Positions 18,052 through 27,371 are shown, counted from the stretch's first letter. The stretch is 64,000 nt of DNA from an uncultured Verrucomicrobiae bacterium (GCA_963764165.1 CAVXRD010000002.1:2208001-2272000), one strand, 5' to 3'. The notes: a model not told the origin generated them from the sequence alone. Numbers and translations: made by a program.

Positions 18052-18437
18052 TGTCTTTCTGTCAAGACTTCCAGGCAAATTTTCATTGTTGCTGCGAAGG
18101 GTAAGGCCGTCTTTGGCTGAGTTTGGCCGTTCCAGATTCAATACTTCCTGATATTTCTCGCAAAAATCGCGCTAAAAAACCTCTGGTAGGTTTCCTGTTT
18201 GCGTTGGGCTTCTGTAATATGTCCTCACGATGATGAAAAATATGACGATATGGACGGTTGCGAGCAGTGAGGCGGGGCAAAGCGCGGCCGGGCCGGTGGC
18301 AATTTTCTTCGTCTCCTTCGTTGCCTTGTTGTAAAAAATGGCGAGTATCACCTAGTCGCAGCAAATCGCACCAAATCGCAGCAAATCGCACCTGTTTTTT
18401 GAAAATGAATGACCTCTGACAACGCGAAAACCAAGCC

Positions 18438-20705
18438 ATGACGCGCGGACCTGCCAATAGAAACTGGGCGGAGCCGCGGCGATTTGCTTTGCTGCTGGCG
18501 GCGCTGGTTTTCATTCCGTTTTGGGACGTCCTGCTGGGATTTGACACTTGGGTTATTCGCGATTTCGCCTTGTTTTCCATGCCGACCGCGAACTTCCAAA
18601 AGGAATGTTTCTGGCGCGGGGAATGGCCGTTGTGGGATCCCTACAGCTTGTGCGGGGTGCCGTTTCTGGCGCAGTTCAACACGCTGTGCGTATATCCCGG
18701 GGCGCTGCTTTACCTGTTGCTGCCGCTGACGTGGGCTTTGCCGGCCTTTTGCTTGCTCCATGTTTTTTGGGGCGGATTGGGAATGTATTTACTGGCCCGG
18801 CGATGGACGGGTTCGCAGGCGGGAGCGGCGTTGGCGGGCGTGATGTTTTCCTTTAACGGCCTTTCAATGAGCATTTTGATGTGGCCCAGCCATATCGCGA
18901 CGTATTCCTGGATTCCGTGGGTCATCTTTTTGGCTCAACGCGGACGCCAGGAGGGCGGACGGCCGCTCGTTCTGGCGGCGCTGGCCGGAGGGATGCAAGT
19001 GCTGGGGGGCGGGCCGGAGACGATTGCCTTCACATGGGTGATGGCGGGGATCGGCGTTGTGCTGGATTGCTGCCAAGCCCGGGGCATTCTTTGGCGGTCG
19101 ATTTGGCGGTTCGGGCTGATGGGCTGGCTGGCGCTGATGCTGGCGGCGGCGCAATTGCTCCCCACCATCGATTTCGCGATGCACTCGCACCGCGACGCTC
19201 ACTTTGGCCGATCCGATTGGTCCATGCCGCTGTGGGGCTGGGCGAATTTACTGGTTCCGATGTTCCAAATGATTCCGATGCAATCCGTCGTCGCGCAGCC
19301 GGACCAGTATTGGACTTCGTCATATTACCTGGGAATCGGCGGGATTTTCCTCATTGGGCTGGCGCTCTGGCAGGGTCGAAAGAATGGCCTGGTGCGGATT
19401 TTGTCCGGGATGTTTTTCGGCAGCTTGATCCTGGCCCTTGGCTACAACGGGTATGTTTTCCGCTGGCTCCAAGCGGCGCTTCCGATCCTTGGGATGTTTC
19501 AATTTCCTATCAAATTTGTGCTGCTCACATCCACGGTTGCGCCGTTGCTGGCGGCGTTCGGGCTGGCCTTTTGCGAGCGGGATGCGGTTCCGAAAACGTG
19601 GCGGGGGCGTTGGATCTGGGCGGCGGTGCTGTTGTCATTGATCGCGTTTATCATTTGGGCGGCGTGGCGCTGGCAGATGGATTATGCCAACTGGCGGCAA
19701 TCGCTGGCCTGCGGGCTCGAGCGCGCCGGATTTCTCATCGCCGGCGTGGCTGTTCTGTATTTGTTTGTCCGGCGGGTTGAATGGCGCTGGTGGAGCATCG
19801 TGCCCTTGGTGGCGCTGGCGTGGTGCGATGTCCTGACGCACGAGCCGTGGCAAAATCCCACGGTTGACCCATCGCTCTACCAAGTGGGATTCGGCGTGCT
19901 GGACGCCAAATTCAATATTGCCCCGGAACTCTCGCAATCGCGACTGATGATGTCGCCGTTTTCCGCCGACCATCTCTATCACCAGCCGGATCCGGACGTC
20001 AAAACGAATTTCCTGCTGGATCGCGCGGTCTTTTTGGCCGATTGCAACCTGCTGGACGACATTCCGAAGGTGGACGGGTTTTTCTCATTGAACATCCGCG
20101 AAAGCGACAAAATCCTGTGGCTGCTGGAAACACGCACTGGAAGAAAACTGGACAACCTGGAGGATTTGTTGTCCGTTTCGCAGACAATCGCGCCCGGGAA
20201 GCTGTTCGATTGGATGCTGCGCACAAATTATATCCCGATAGCCAGCGTTGGCAAAAGTCCCGTCTTTGCCGGCCCAACCAACACCTTTGATGCCATTGAC
20301 AAGGACACGGCTGATTTTCATTCCGTGATTTACCTGCCGCTGGAAGCAAAGGCGGTGGTCAAGGCGGTCGCGGAGCCTCGCGCGCGGATCGTCTCCAAGG
20401 ATTTCAAGACATCCATGGAAACCATGGAAATCGACACGCCAGCCCCGGCCATCGCAGGACTCACCGGGTGTTTTTATCATAATTGGGAAGCGGCGGTGGA
20501 CGGAAAGCCCGTTCCGATCTGGCGGGCAAATTACGCCTTTCAAGCTGTGGAAGTCCCCGCCGGGCGGCATCGTCTGGTATTGCAATACAAAGATAAGGCG
20601 TTCCGGGCCGGATTGGTCGTTTCCGCACTTGCGCTGATGGCTTGCGTTGCCGGTTGGCTGGCGGCCAACCGAGGCAGGAACGCCTCGCCGAGGCCTCCGG
20701 GTTGA
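18438..20705 (+). CDS. YfhO-family polytopic membrane protein (GT-C-type glycosyltransferase-like)
   Basis: N-terminal RD...GEWPLWDPY..CG.PFLA, many TM helices, C-terminal YHNW.A.VDG..VPI.RANYAF.AV.VPAG.H.L.L.Y plus a TM helix. Confidence 0.85.
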   Translation: MTRGPANRNWAEPRRFALLLAALVFIPFWDVLLGFDTWVIRDFALFSMPTANFQKECFWRGEWPLWDPYSLCGVPFLAQFNTLCVYPGALLYLLLPLTWALPAFCLLHVFWGGLGMYLLARRWTGSQAGAALAGVMFSFNGLSMSILMWPSHIATYSWIPWVIFLAQRGRQEGGRPLVLAALAGGMQVLGGGPETIAFTWVMAGIGVVLDCCQARGILWRSIWRFGLMGWLALMLAAAQLLPTIDFAMHSHRDAHFGRSDWSMPLWGWANLLVPMFQMIPMQSVVAQPDQYWTSSYYLGIGGIFLIGLALWQGRKNGLVRILSGMFFGSLILALGYNGYVFRWLQAALPILGMFQFPIKFVLLTSTVAPLLAAFGLAFCERDAVPKTWRGRWIWAAVLLSLIAFIIWAAWRWQMDYANWRQSLACGLERAGFLIAGVAVLYLFVRRVEWRWWSIVPLVALAWCDVLTHEPWQNPTVDPSLYQVGFGVLDAKFNIAPELSQSRLMMSPFSADHLYHQPDPDVKTNFLLDRAVFLADCNLLDDIPKVDGFFSLNIRESDKILWLLETRTGRKLDNLEDLLSVSQTIAPGKLFDWMLRTNYIPIASVGKSPVFAGPTNTFDAIDKDTADFHSVIYLPLEAKAVVKAVAEPRARIVSKDFKTSMETMEIDTPAPAIAGLTGCFYHNWEAAVDGKPVPIWRANYAFQAVEVPAGRHRLVLQYKDKAFRAGLVVSALALMACVAGWLAANRGRNASPRPPG

Positions 20706-20810
20706 GGCGTGATTTATGCGCAAACCCCTGCAATCCACACGGAACCGGACGCCTCGGCGAGGCGTGTTTGGCGTTTAAGATTGTATGAGTGTCTCAAAAC
20801 CAATAAAATT

Positions 20811-20826
20811 TGGCGTGCTGTGTGCT
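20811..20826 (+). promoter_or_regulatory. sigma54 (-24/-12) promoter of the pilin gene
   Basis: TGGCGTGCTGTGTGCT has exact GG-N10-GC spacing and lies about 110-120 bp upstream of a type IV pilin, a typical RpoN target. Confidence 0.7.
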
Positions 20827-20840
20827 ACAGACATTACCTT

Positions 20841-20914
20841 AACGGCTTTGCGAGCGGCTATTCGTGAACAATTCGAACTAATATATACCGCTTCTCGCAA
20901 GGTTCACAGCCGTT
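20841..20914 (+). ncRNA. Candidate structured 5' leader of the pilin mRNA
   Basis: Pairings AACGGCT/AGCCGTT, TTGCGAG/CTCGCAA, CGG/CCG and the crossing pair GTGAAC/GTTCAC. Confidence 0.5.
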
Positions 20915-20933
20915 GCAACAGAAAGGCAGTGAA

Positions 20934-21308
20934 ATGCAGACCATGAAACATGGGAAGCAGGGGTTTACATTGGTCGAGATTATGATCGTGGTAGCGATAA
21001 TTGGGTTATTGGCGGCCATCGCCATTCCTAACTTCGTGCGTTCCCGCACGACGTCTCAGACCAACGTATGTATAGATAACCTGCGAATGCTGGATGGGTC
21101 AAAACAGCAATGGGCGTTAGAGCAGCGGGCGGTTTCCACATCAACACCGCAATATTCGGACATCCAACCCTATTTGGGGCGGGGTAACGGGGAGTTGCCG
21201 GTGTGCCCGATTGATCCACAGCAGGGGTTCGCGACCAGCTACGTATTGCAAAATTGTCAGACAACGCCGACGTGCCAGATATTGCCGACGACGCATAAGT
21301 TACCTTAA
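20934..21308 (+). CDS. Type IV pilin-like protein (prepilin N-methylation motif); alternative start 20943
   Basis: KQG|FTLVEIMIVVAIIGLLAAIAIPNF with E5, NVCIDNLR..DGSKQQWALE and four Cys. Confidence 0.92.
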   Translation: MQTMKHGKQGFTLVEIMIVVAIIGLLAAIAIPNFVRSRTTSQTNVCIDNLRMLDGSKQQWALEQRAVSTSTPQYSDIQPYLGRGNGELPVCPIDPQQGFATSYVLQNCQTTPTCQILPTTHKLP

Positions 21309-21347
21309 TAACACATTGAGTTTAACTAATTGATAATGGCTTCGTGG

Positions 21348-21384
21348 GATGGGAGAATGGTGATGCTCGTCACCTTCTCCCATC
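21348..21384. terminator. Hairpin between the convergent pilin and rhomboid genes (possible bidirectional terminator)
   Basis: GATGGGAGAA-T-GGTGA loop TCACC-TTCTCCCATC, with no U-tract. Confidence 0.4.
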
Positions 21385-21385
21385 G

Positions 21386-22258
21386 TCACGGGTGCGCCAG
21401 CGCCAGCCGCCACGTTCCCAGCAGCAGGGCCGCGAATACAGCAAAGGCAAGGATGTTTGGGGCGCCGTGCTGCAGCTTTGCAGGCGGAATGAACACGAGG
21501 CAGCACCCCAGCAGCGCCCCGGCCAGGAACCCGCCCACATGCGCGATGATGTCAGCTTCGGGGCTGAAACCGATCAGGGCGAGGATCATCAGGCCCGCCG
21601 CGCAGCCGCGAAAAAACAGATGTCGTCCCATCACGCTGGCCCGCCAATGCGAGAAGGATTGCACCGCGATCAATCCCAGCGCGGCCATCACCATGCCCGA
21701 AGCGCCCAGGCTGGAATGGTGCCCGCCATAACCCAGGAAGCTCCCGACATTCGCCGCCGCGCCCGCCACGAACGCTGATAAGAGCGCAATGCCAGCGCCG
21801 TAACGAGCCATGGCCAAGCCCATCAGCACCGCGCCGGTGGATGCGTTGGCCACCAGATGCGGAACGTTTTGATGCAGGCAGACGGCGGTCCACAATCGCC
21901 ACCATTGGCCTTGATGCACCTTATCGCTGTCAAGCATTCCAGCTCCACTGATGGCCGGAAAACGAACCGAACTCCAATAATAAAACGCCACCAAAGCCGC
22001 CGCCCACGCCAATCCGCCCCAATGGAAAAGCATGCCCGATTCCTGAAAGGGCTGCCGCCAGTTCCATCCGCGATTCTCCAGCCGGTATTGGCGCAAAATG
22101 GCTTGGGCGCGGTCGAATTCGCGCGGTTCCACCAGGAGCACCCAGCGATTCTCGCCGCGCTCAATGGTGGATTCGATGCCCTGGCTGGTCAGGACGAGCG
22201 CCCAATCCATGGCTTCGCGCCGCGTGCGGGCGGAAATGCTCAATAGCGCGCGCTCCAT
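21386..22258 (-). CDS. Rhomboid-family intramembrane serine protease
   Basis: QWWRLWT..CLH....HL..N, catalytic GASG and AHVGG, soluble N-terminal domain. Confidence 0.93.
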   Translation of the reverse strand: MERALLSISARTRREAMDWALVLTSQGIESTIERGENRWVLLVEPREFDRAQAILRQYRLENRGWNWRQPFQESGMLFHWGGLAWAAALVAFYYWSSVRFPAISGAGMLDSDKVHQGQWWRLWTAVCLHQNVPHLVANASTGAVLMGLAMARYGAGIALLSAFVAGAAANVGSFLGYGGHHSSLGASGMVMAALGLIAVQSFSHWRASVMGRHLFFRGCAAGLMILALIGFSPEADIIAHVGGFLAGALLGCCLVFIPPAKLQHGAPNILAFAVFAALLLGTWRLALAHP

Positions 22259-22259
22259 G

Positions 22260-23003
22260 TCAGCCGCCGGCAATGCGCGTCACAACACAGCCCGCCGCCG
22301 CCAAACCGAAGACGCCGGTCACAAAGCTGGCGGTTCCGTAGCCGTTGTCGCAGGTGATTCGCCCGGAGCAGCCTTCGGGCGGAGGGGTGGCGCGTTCGTT
22401 AGAGAAGACGCACGGCACGCCAAAAAGCGCTTTCGGGTCGCGCTCGAAACCGTGCTCTTCGCGCAGTTTCTTGCGGACTTCCCGCAATAGTGGATCGTGG
22501 GCGGCCCGGGCAAGGTCATCCGATTGGACGGCGGAGGGATCGCGGCGTCCGCCGGCTGCGCCCGCCGAGACGATGGGAATTTCCTTTTGACGGCACTTGG
22601 CGATCAACAAGGTTTTGTTGCCGACTTGGTCGATCGCGTCAACAACACAATCGAAGCGGGTTTTCAAAATCTCATCCGCCGTGAGTTCGGTGAAAAATTC
22701 CGGCACCGTTTGCACGAGGCAATCTGGATTGATGGCGCGGCAGCGCTCGGCCATGACTTCGATTTTCGGACGCCCGACCGTGCCTTCGAGCGCGTGCAAT
22801 TGGCGGTTCACATTGCTGACGCAAACGTCGTCCAGATCGATCAGCGTCAAGCGGCCCACGCCGCTGCGGGCCAGCGCTTCAACCGTCCAGGAACCCACGC
22901 CGCCGATGCCGATCACGCAAACATGCGCGCGGGTCAAACGCTCCAAGCCGGTGGCGCCATAAAGCCGGGCCAGCCCGCCAAATCGTAGGCTGGCGTCGCT
23001 CAT
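22260..23003 (-). CDS. tcdA: tRNA threonylcarbamoyladenosine dehydratase (ThiF/E1 family)
   Basis: RFGGLARLYG, IGIGGVGSW.VEALARSG, SNVNRQLHA, DPLL..VRKKLR, VFSNE, FVTG.FG. Confidence 0.92.
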   Translation of the reverse strand: MSDASLRFGGLARLYGATGLERLTRAHVCVIGIGGVGSWTVEALARSGVGRLTLIDLDDVCVSNVNRQLHALEGTVGRPKIEVMAERCRAINPDCLVQTVPEFFTELTADEILKTRFDCVVDAIDQVGNKTLLIAKCRQKEIPIVSAGAAGGRRDPSAVQSDDLARAAHDPLLREVRKKLREEHGFERDPKALFGVPCVFSNERATPPPEGCSGRITCDNGYGTASFVTGVFGLAAAGCVVTRIAGG

Positions 23004-23091
23004 GTGATGTAAAACAAACTGCGGTTCACGCAGCCAAAATAATCCGGCCCGCCGGAATTGCCAGCCGCGCCGCGGCTCGAACGAGCGAGGC

Positions 23092-24948
23092 TCAGGGCTT
23101 CGCCGAAAATGCTTCGCGAATCTTGGCCTCTTCCTTTTCAATGAGCTTGAGAAGCCCGGCGTCCTGCTTGACGCGCGTTTCAATTCCCACCATGACTCCC
23201 TTGATTTTGCTCTTGTAAGCGGCTTCCGCAGTTTCGAGTTGATCCTTCGCCGTCTTGTACTGAGGCGCCTGCGGCCCATAGGTGTGTTCGACCTCCGCCA
23301 TGTGTTCGACCGCGACTTGGCGGCGACTCGCGAGATCAACCAGTTCGGGATCCAACTGATGGGCGTAGGCAGTCGTCAAAGCGCTGGCCAGTTCATCGCT
23401 CGGAATCTGGTTCAGTTGAAAGAGAATGTTGCTGTATTCAAGATAGTCAGCTTGCGCTTCGACGCGTGTGTGCGCCCAATCTTCGAGCGTTTTGTCGTAT
23501 ATCGCCGCGTCTGGATTTGGCGCGGCGGGCTTCTGGTCGGCGGCGGATTTCAACGCCTTCGCTTGGATCGCCAATCCCTGCATGATTCCGTCAGCTCGTT
23601 TAGAGATTTTGTGAAGGATTTCTCCAAGTGCGTCGCCCTCGGCCCGCATTTCCGGACTGAGTCCGGGGTGGTCCCTCTGGGCGCGCGTGTACTTTGATTC
23701 CTGCTGAAGTTGCTGCTCCAGCAATCCATTTAAGATGGGGTCTGAAGTCGTAACCGAAAGGACTTGGATAAATTGATCGAAATTGCCCGCCTTGGCCGCC
23801 TGCAACTGTTCCAGCAACGCAGATTGCCTGGCATATTCCGCGCCGTAGCCTCCTTCAAGTTTTGGAGAGGCCGCGCTTTCGTTCCGCGGCGCAGTATACA
23901 TAGGAGCAGATTTGGTGGGCGCCGGCAGGACGATAGCTTCCGGCTGATCCGCCGCTCGTGTAAAAGCCGCCGCGCCCAGCAAAACCAGCGCCGACGCAAA
24001 CAATCCATAGGCCAACCTGCCTGTGCGCTTGAATTCAGTAACCATAACAATCCTTCTGTTAATGTTGTGACGAAACGTGATGATCGGGACCAATCCGGCT
24101 GCCGTCATGGCCGCCGGAAAATGTTGAAGTGAACTCAGCAGGGCGCGTCCGTAGGCGCCGCGTTCAGACGGCTCAACCAATTCGAGCACCGCCGCATCGC
24201 AGGCTAATTCCTGGTTGAGGCGCAGTTGCCTGACGGCCACCCACGCGAGCGGATTGAACCAATGCAGCGCCAGCGCGCCGTAGCCAATCCAGTTGACCAA
24301 AACATCACGCCGCCGGATGTGCATGAGTTCGTGGAGAATGACCAGCCGTGCTTCCTTGTGATCGAGCCTTGTCAACAATCCATCTGGCAGCAGCAATTGC
24401 GGGCGGACAAATCCAAAGACCGCCGCCGGAGCGCCTGTGGCGGTTTTCCTCGCATCCAATCGGCGCTTGAATCCGAGTGTTTCCTTGCATTCCCTGATGA
24501 GGGTTAGCAATTCCGGTTCATCTACATCTCCAAGACGCCGGACCATTCGCGCAAACCGATGATAGCGCCACGCAACCATGATCAGGCATCCCACGAAACC
24601 AGCCATCCAAACGCAAACAGCCAGACGCATCCAAGGAAATGGCTCCGATAATTTGACGGCGGGCAGCTTGCTGGCTTCCGCCATGTTTAAGAGCACTGGA
24701 GCAACTTGCGCGGCCGCAACCGAGGCGCGTGGTTTGGGAAGGTCAATAATGTTCCAGCGAACTCCCGGAGTCCCCCATGCCAGCAGACGCAGAAGAACCA
24801 ACAAACTTAGCAAATACCGCATGCGCGCGGAAATCCACCGCCCAGCCATTGCCTGCGCGATGAGCACAATAACAATGAGCACCGCCGCCCGGCACGAGGC
24901 ATTCCACAGCGGAATCAGCAGCGGCTCAATCGCGTCAAATATTCTCAT
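23092..24948 (-). CDS. BlaR1/MecR1-type M56 metallopeptidase signal transducer with a coiled-coil C-terminal domain
   Basis: HELMHIRRRD, WFNPL, QELACD and YG.ALL motifs. Overlaps the blaI-like gene (ATGA). Confidence 0.9.
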   Translation of the reverse strand: MRIFDAIEPLLIPLWNASCRAAVLIVIVLIAQAMAGRWISARMRYLLSLLVLLRLLAWGTPGVRWNIIDLPKPRASVAAAQVAPVLLNMAEASKLPAVKLSEPFPWMRLAVCVWMAGFVGCLIMVAWRYHRFARMVRRLGDVDEPELLTLIRECKETLGFKRRLDARKTATGAPAAVFGFVRPQLLLPDGLLTRLDHKEARLVILHELMHIRRRDVLVNWIGYGALALHWFNPLAWVAVRQLRLNQELACDAAVLELVEPSERGAYGRALLSSLQHFPAAMTAAGLVPIITFRHNINRRIVMVTEFKRTGRLAYGLFASALVLLGAAAFTRAADQPEAIVLPAPTKSAPMYTAPRNESAASPKLEGGYGAEYARQSALLEQLQAAKAGNFDQFIQVLSVTTSDPILNGLLEQQLQQESKYTRAQRDHPGLSPEMRAEGDALGEILHKISKRADGIMQGLAIQAKALKSAADQKPAAPNPDAAIYDKTLEDWAHTRVEAQADYLEYSNILFQLNQIPSDELASALTTAYAHQLDPELVDLASRRQVAVEHMAEVEHTYGPQAPQYKTAKDQLETAEAAYKSKIKGVMVGIETRVKQDAGLLKLIEKEEAKIREAFSAKP

Positions 24949-25352
24949 GGCAGCTTTTCCTCCAGCAACCGCCGCAATTCCTTGATCTCGGCGGGGGAAA
25001 GCTCTTCCCGCTCGAGAAATGAGGCGAGGAACGGCGTCAACTCGCCGCCAAAAAGACGTCCGAGAAAGGACCGTCCGGCTTCATGCAGGTAGTCTCCCTC
25101 GGCAATCAACGGAGTGAAGATGTATTCCCTGCCTTGCCGCCGATGCGACAGCGCCTTCTTCCGCGCCAGACGGGTCAGCAGCGTCTGGATCGTCTTGGGT
25201 TTCCAGTCCGTGGCGCCGGAGAGCGCCTCCACCACCTGGTTTGCGGTGGCCGACGCGGGCGATTGCGCCCACAGCACCTTCATCACAACAAGCTCGGCCT
25301 CCGAGATTTTCGGAATCCGCCGGGGCGCTTTGCCCTTGTTTTGCTTTTCCAT
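24945..25352 (-). CDS. BlaI/MecI/CopY-family repressor
   Basis: ISEAEL.VM.VLW, WKPKTIQTLL.RL..K, FL..LFGG, LS..EI.ELRRLL. Confidence 0.93.
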   Translation of the reverse strand: MEKQNKGKAPRRIPKISEAELVVMKVLWAQSPASATANQVVEALSGATDWKPKTIQTLLTRLARKKALSHRRQGREYIFTPLIAEGDYLHEAGRSFLGRLFGGELTPFLASFLEREELSPAEIKELRRLLEEKLP

Positions 25353-25360
25353 GCGATGTT

Positions 25361-25401
25361 TCCTACAACTGTAGGAGCACTTTAATCCTACACTTGTAGG
25401 A
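25361..25401. promoter_or_regulatory. Two BlaI/CopY-type operators overlapping the blaI-like promoter
   Basis: TCCTACAACTGTAGGA (25361-25376) and TCCTACACTTGTAGGA (25386-25401) both carry TACA-NN-TGTA. On the minus strand TTGCAT and TAAAGT flank the second operator. Confidence 0.88.
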
Positions 25402-25457
25402 GATGCAAGAAATATTTTCGCGCGGGAAGGAATTTGGTGTGAACTAAACGGCGTGGT

Positions 25458-26357
25458 CTAACCCCACAGCCGTTCAGGGTAATCTCCCTGCGCCACCAAT
25501 TGGCGGACGCTGGCCACCACTCTCGGCCGATCTTCCTGGTAGGTCACCCCAAACCATGAAGCATCCGTCGGCAGAACTTGAACCCTCCCTCTGGCTTCCG
25601 CGATGAGATCGCTGACCACGCTTGGCAAATAACATTCCGATTTTGGTTCCGTGCCGCTCTTGGCCAGAAATTCCGCGAATTTCGCGCGAAGCGCAGGGAA
25701 GATTTCAGGCGTAAAACCCCAGAAATTCATCGAGACAATTTCGTCGCCGCCGAGCGGGGTGATTTTGCCGGAGGGGTCGGTGTTCCGCGCGTTTTGCCCA
25801 TCGCGTTCGATGCGCGTCATCTCTTCGACCGATTGCAACAATCCGCCCGGCCCCACCTGGCAGATGCCGCGCGAGACAGTGCCGAAATCCGAAAGCGTGT
25901 TCCGCAAACGAAAGCCCGCCATCGCGAAATCGCCATTCCCCGCGGAAAGAAACTGCGCCAGCAAGCGAAACGATTCGGCCCCGTAAAAATCGTCCGCATT
26001 AATCGCCACGAACGGCTCCTCAATCGCGCCTTCTCCCGCCAAGACGGCGTGACCGGTGCCCCAGGGCTTGGTGCGGTTGGGCGGTGGTGTGAAGCCGTCC
26101 GGGAGATCGGTTATTTCCTGAAAGGCATACCGAACGGGCAGGCGCCCCTCGAACCGCTGCCCCACGATTTCGCGAAACGGTTTCTCCAAATCGCGCCGGA
26201 TGACAAACACGAGTTTGCCGAAGCCCGCCCGCATGGCGTCATAGACGGAGTAGTCGATGATGGTTTCGCCGCTGGGGCCGACAGGGTCCATTTGTTTGAG
26301 TCCGCCGTAACGGCTGCCCATTCCGGCTGCCAGCACTAGTAGAGCAGGGTTTGTCAT
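25458..26357 (-). CDS. Sugar-phosphate nucleotidyltransferase family protein
   Basis: LAAGMGSRYGGLKQ, R.KPWGTGHA, INADDFYG, VSRG.C, SMNFWGF, WFGVTY.ED. Confidence 0.9.
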   Translation of the reverse strand: MTNPALLVLAAGMGSRYGGLKQMDPVGPSGETIIDYSVYDAMRAGFGKLVFVIRRDLEKPFREIVGQRFEGRLPVRYAFQEITDLPDGFTPPPNRTKPWGTGHAVLAGEGAIEEPFVAINADDFYGAESFRLLAQFLSAGNGDFAMAGFRLRNTLSDFGTVSRGICQVGPGGLLQSVEEMTRIERDGQNARNTDPSGKITPLGGDEIVSMNFWGFTPEIFPALRAKFAEFLAKSGTEPKSECYLPSVVSDLIAEARGRVQVLPTDASWFGVTYQEDRPRVVASVRQLVAQGDYPERLWG

Positions 26358-26368
26358 GGATGTTTCGT

Positions 26369-26424
26369 ATGGGAAGAATGGGACATATGCTTCCCATTCT
26401 TCTAATTATTCCCATTCTTCCCAT
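26369..26424. repeat. Inverted repeat ATGGGAAGAATGGGA / TCCCATTCTTCCCAT in the divergent intergenic region
   Basis: Perfect 15-bp IR (26369-26383 and 26410-26424) with an internal partial copy. Confidence 0.7.
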
Positions 26425-26523
26425 CGTCTTTCATCTGCTTACTTAGCAACCAACCCAATCGGAATTTCAATTCCCATTTTCCCAAACCTCCCCTATATTG
26501 GACACTGGCTTAAAGCCCACTAT

Positions 26524-27324
26524 ATGAAAAGCTGTCCGCCCGAAGACGCACTAGAGCTGCACGACAAGCAGAGCGAACCCGATTATCGCAAGCTCCCGAT
26601 CGACAAGGTCGGGGTGCGCGGCTTGCGCTTTCCGATCCAGGTTTTGGATAAGGCGCGCTCGCAGCAAAGCACCGTCGCCACCATCGGCATGTTCGTGGAC
26701 CTTCCCCAGGAATTCAAAGGCACCCACATGAGCCGCTTTATCGAGGTGCTGAATTCCCATGGGCATATCGTCCATGTCGAGAATATCACCGATATTCTTT
26801 ACGCGATGCAGGCCAAGTTCAAATCGGCTATCGCCCATCTTGAAATGGAGTTTCCTTATTTCCTGGTGAAGAAAGCGCCGGTGTCAGGCTTGGAAAGCGT
26901 GATGGATTACACGGCCCGATTCGACGCCACCGCCACCGGCAAGGAAATCGATTTTGTCCTGACAGTGCAGGCAGGCGTGACGACGCTGTGCCCCTGCTCC
27001 AAGGCCATCAGCCGGCATGGCGCGCACAATCAGCGTGGATTGGTGACGGTGAAATTGCGGTCGACAAAAGCCATCTGGATCGAGGATGTGATCGCCTTGG
27101 TGGAAAGTTCGGCCAGCTCGGAGCTGTATTCGCTCTTGAAACGGCAGGACGAAAAGGCCGTCACCGAGCGGGCTTACGAAAATCCCGTGTTCGTCGAAGA
27201 CCTCGTCCGGAACGTCGCCGTGAAGCTGAATGCCCACCCGGATGTGACGTGGTACAAGGTCGAGGCCGAGAATTTTGAGAGCATTCACAATCACAACGCT
27301 TATGCCTCGATTGAAAAGGGCTGA
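26524..27324 (+). CDS. folE2: GTP cyclohydrolase IB
   Basis: IDKVGV, KGTHMSRF, TTLCPCSK, GAHNQR, LKR.DEK, NP.FVED..R, ESIHNHNA. Confidence 0.95.
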   Translation: MKSCPPEDALELHDKQSEPDYRKLPIDKVGVRGLRFPIQVLDKARSQQSTVATIGMFVDLPQEFKGTHMSRFIEVLNSHGHIVHVENITDILYAMQAKFKSAIAHLEMEFPYFLVKKAPVSGLESVMDYTARFDATATGKEIDFVLTVQAGVTTLCPCSKAISRHGAHNQRGLVTVKLRSTKAIWIEDVIALVESSASSELYSLLKRQDEKAVTERAYENPVFVEDLVRNVAVKLNAHPDVTWYKVEAENFESIHNHNAYASIEKG

Positions 27325-27343
27325 AAAAACTCGAAACTTACTG

Positions 27344-27371
27344 TTGCTAAATTTGTTTTCTTTGGTAGAGT
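27344..27371 (+). promoter_or_regulatory. Possible sigma70 promoter for dksA-rpmG-rpsR
   Basis: TTGCTA-16 nt-TAGAGT with a TG extension in an AT-rich spacer. Confidence 0.35.

Noticed and set aside
20715..20770. c-di-GMP-I riboswitch (GCAAACC...GGACGC) upstream of the pilin
   Set aside because: Lacks the GAAA-capped P2 and GCAAAGC/P3 elements. GGACGCCTCGGCGAGGCGT is a REP-like palindrome also seen at about 7068-7098, and it lies upstream of the sigma54 promoter.
26358..26523. Zur box upstream of folE2
   Set aside because: Only a purine/pyrimidine REP-like inverted repeat is visible, with no AT-rich Fur/Zur-type dyad.
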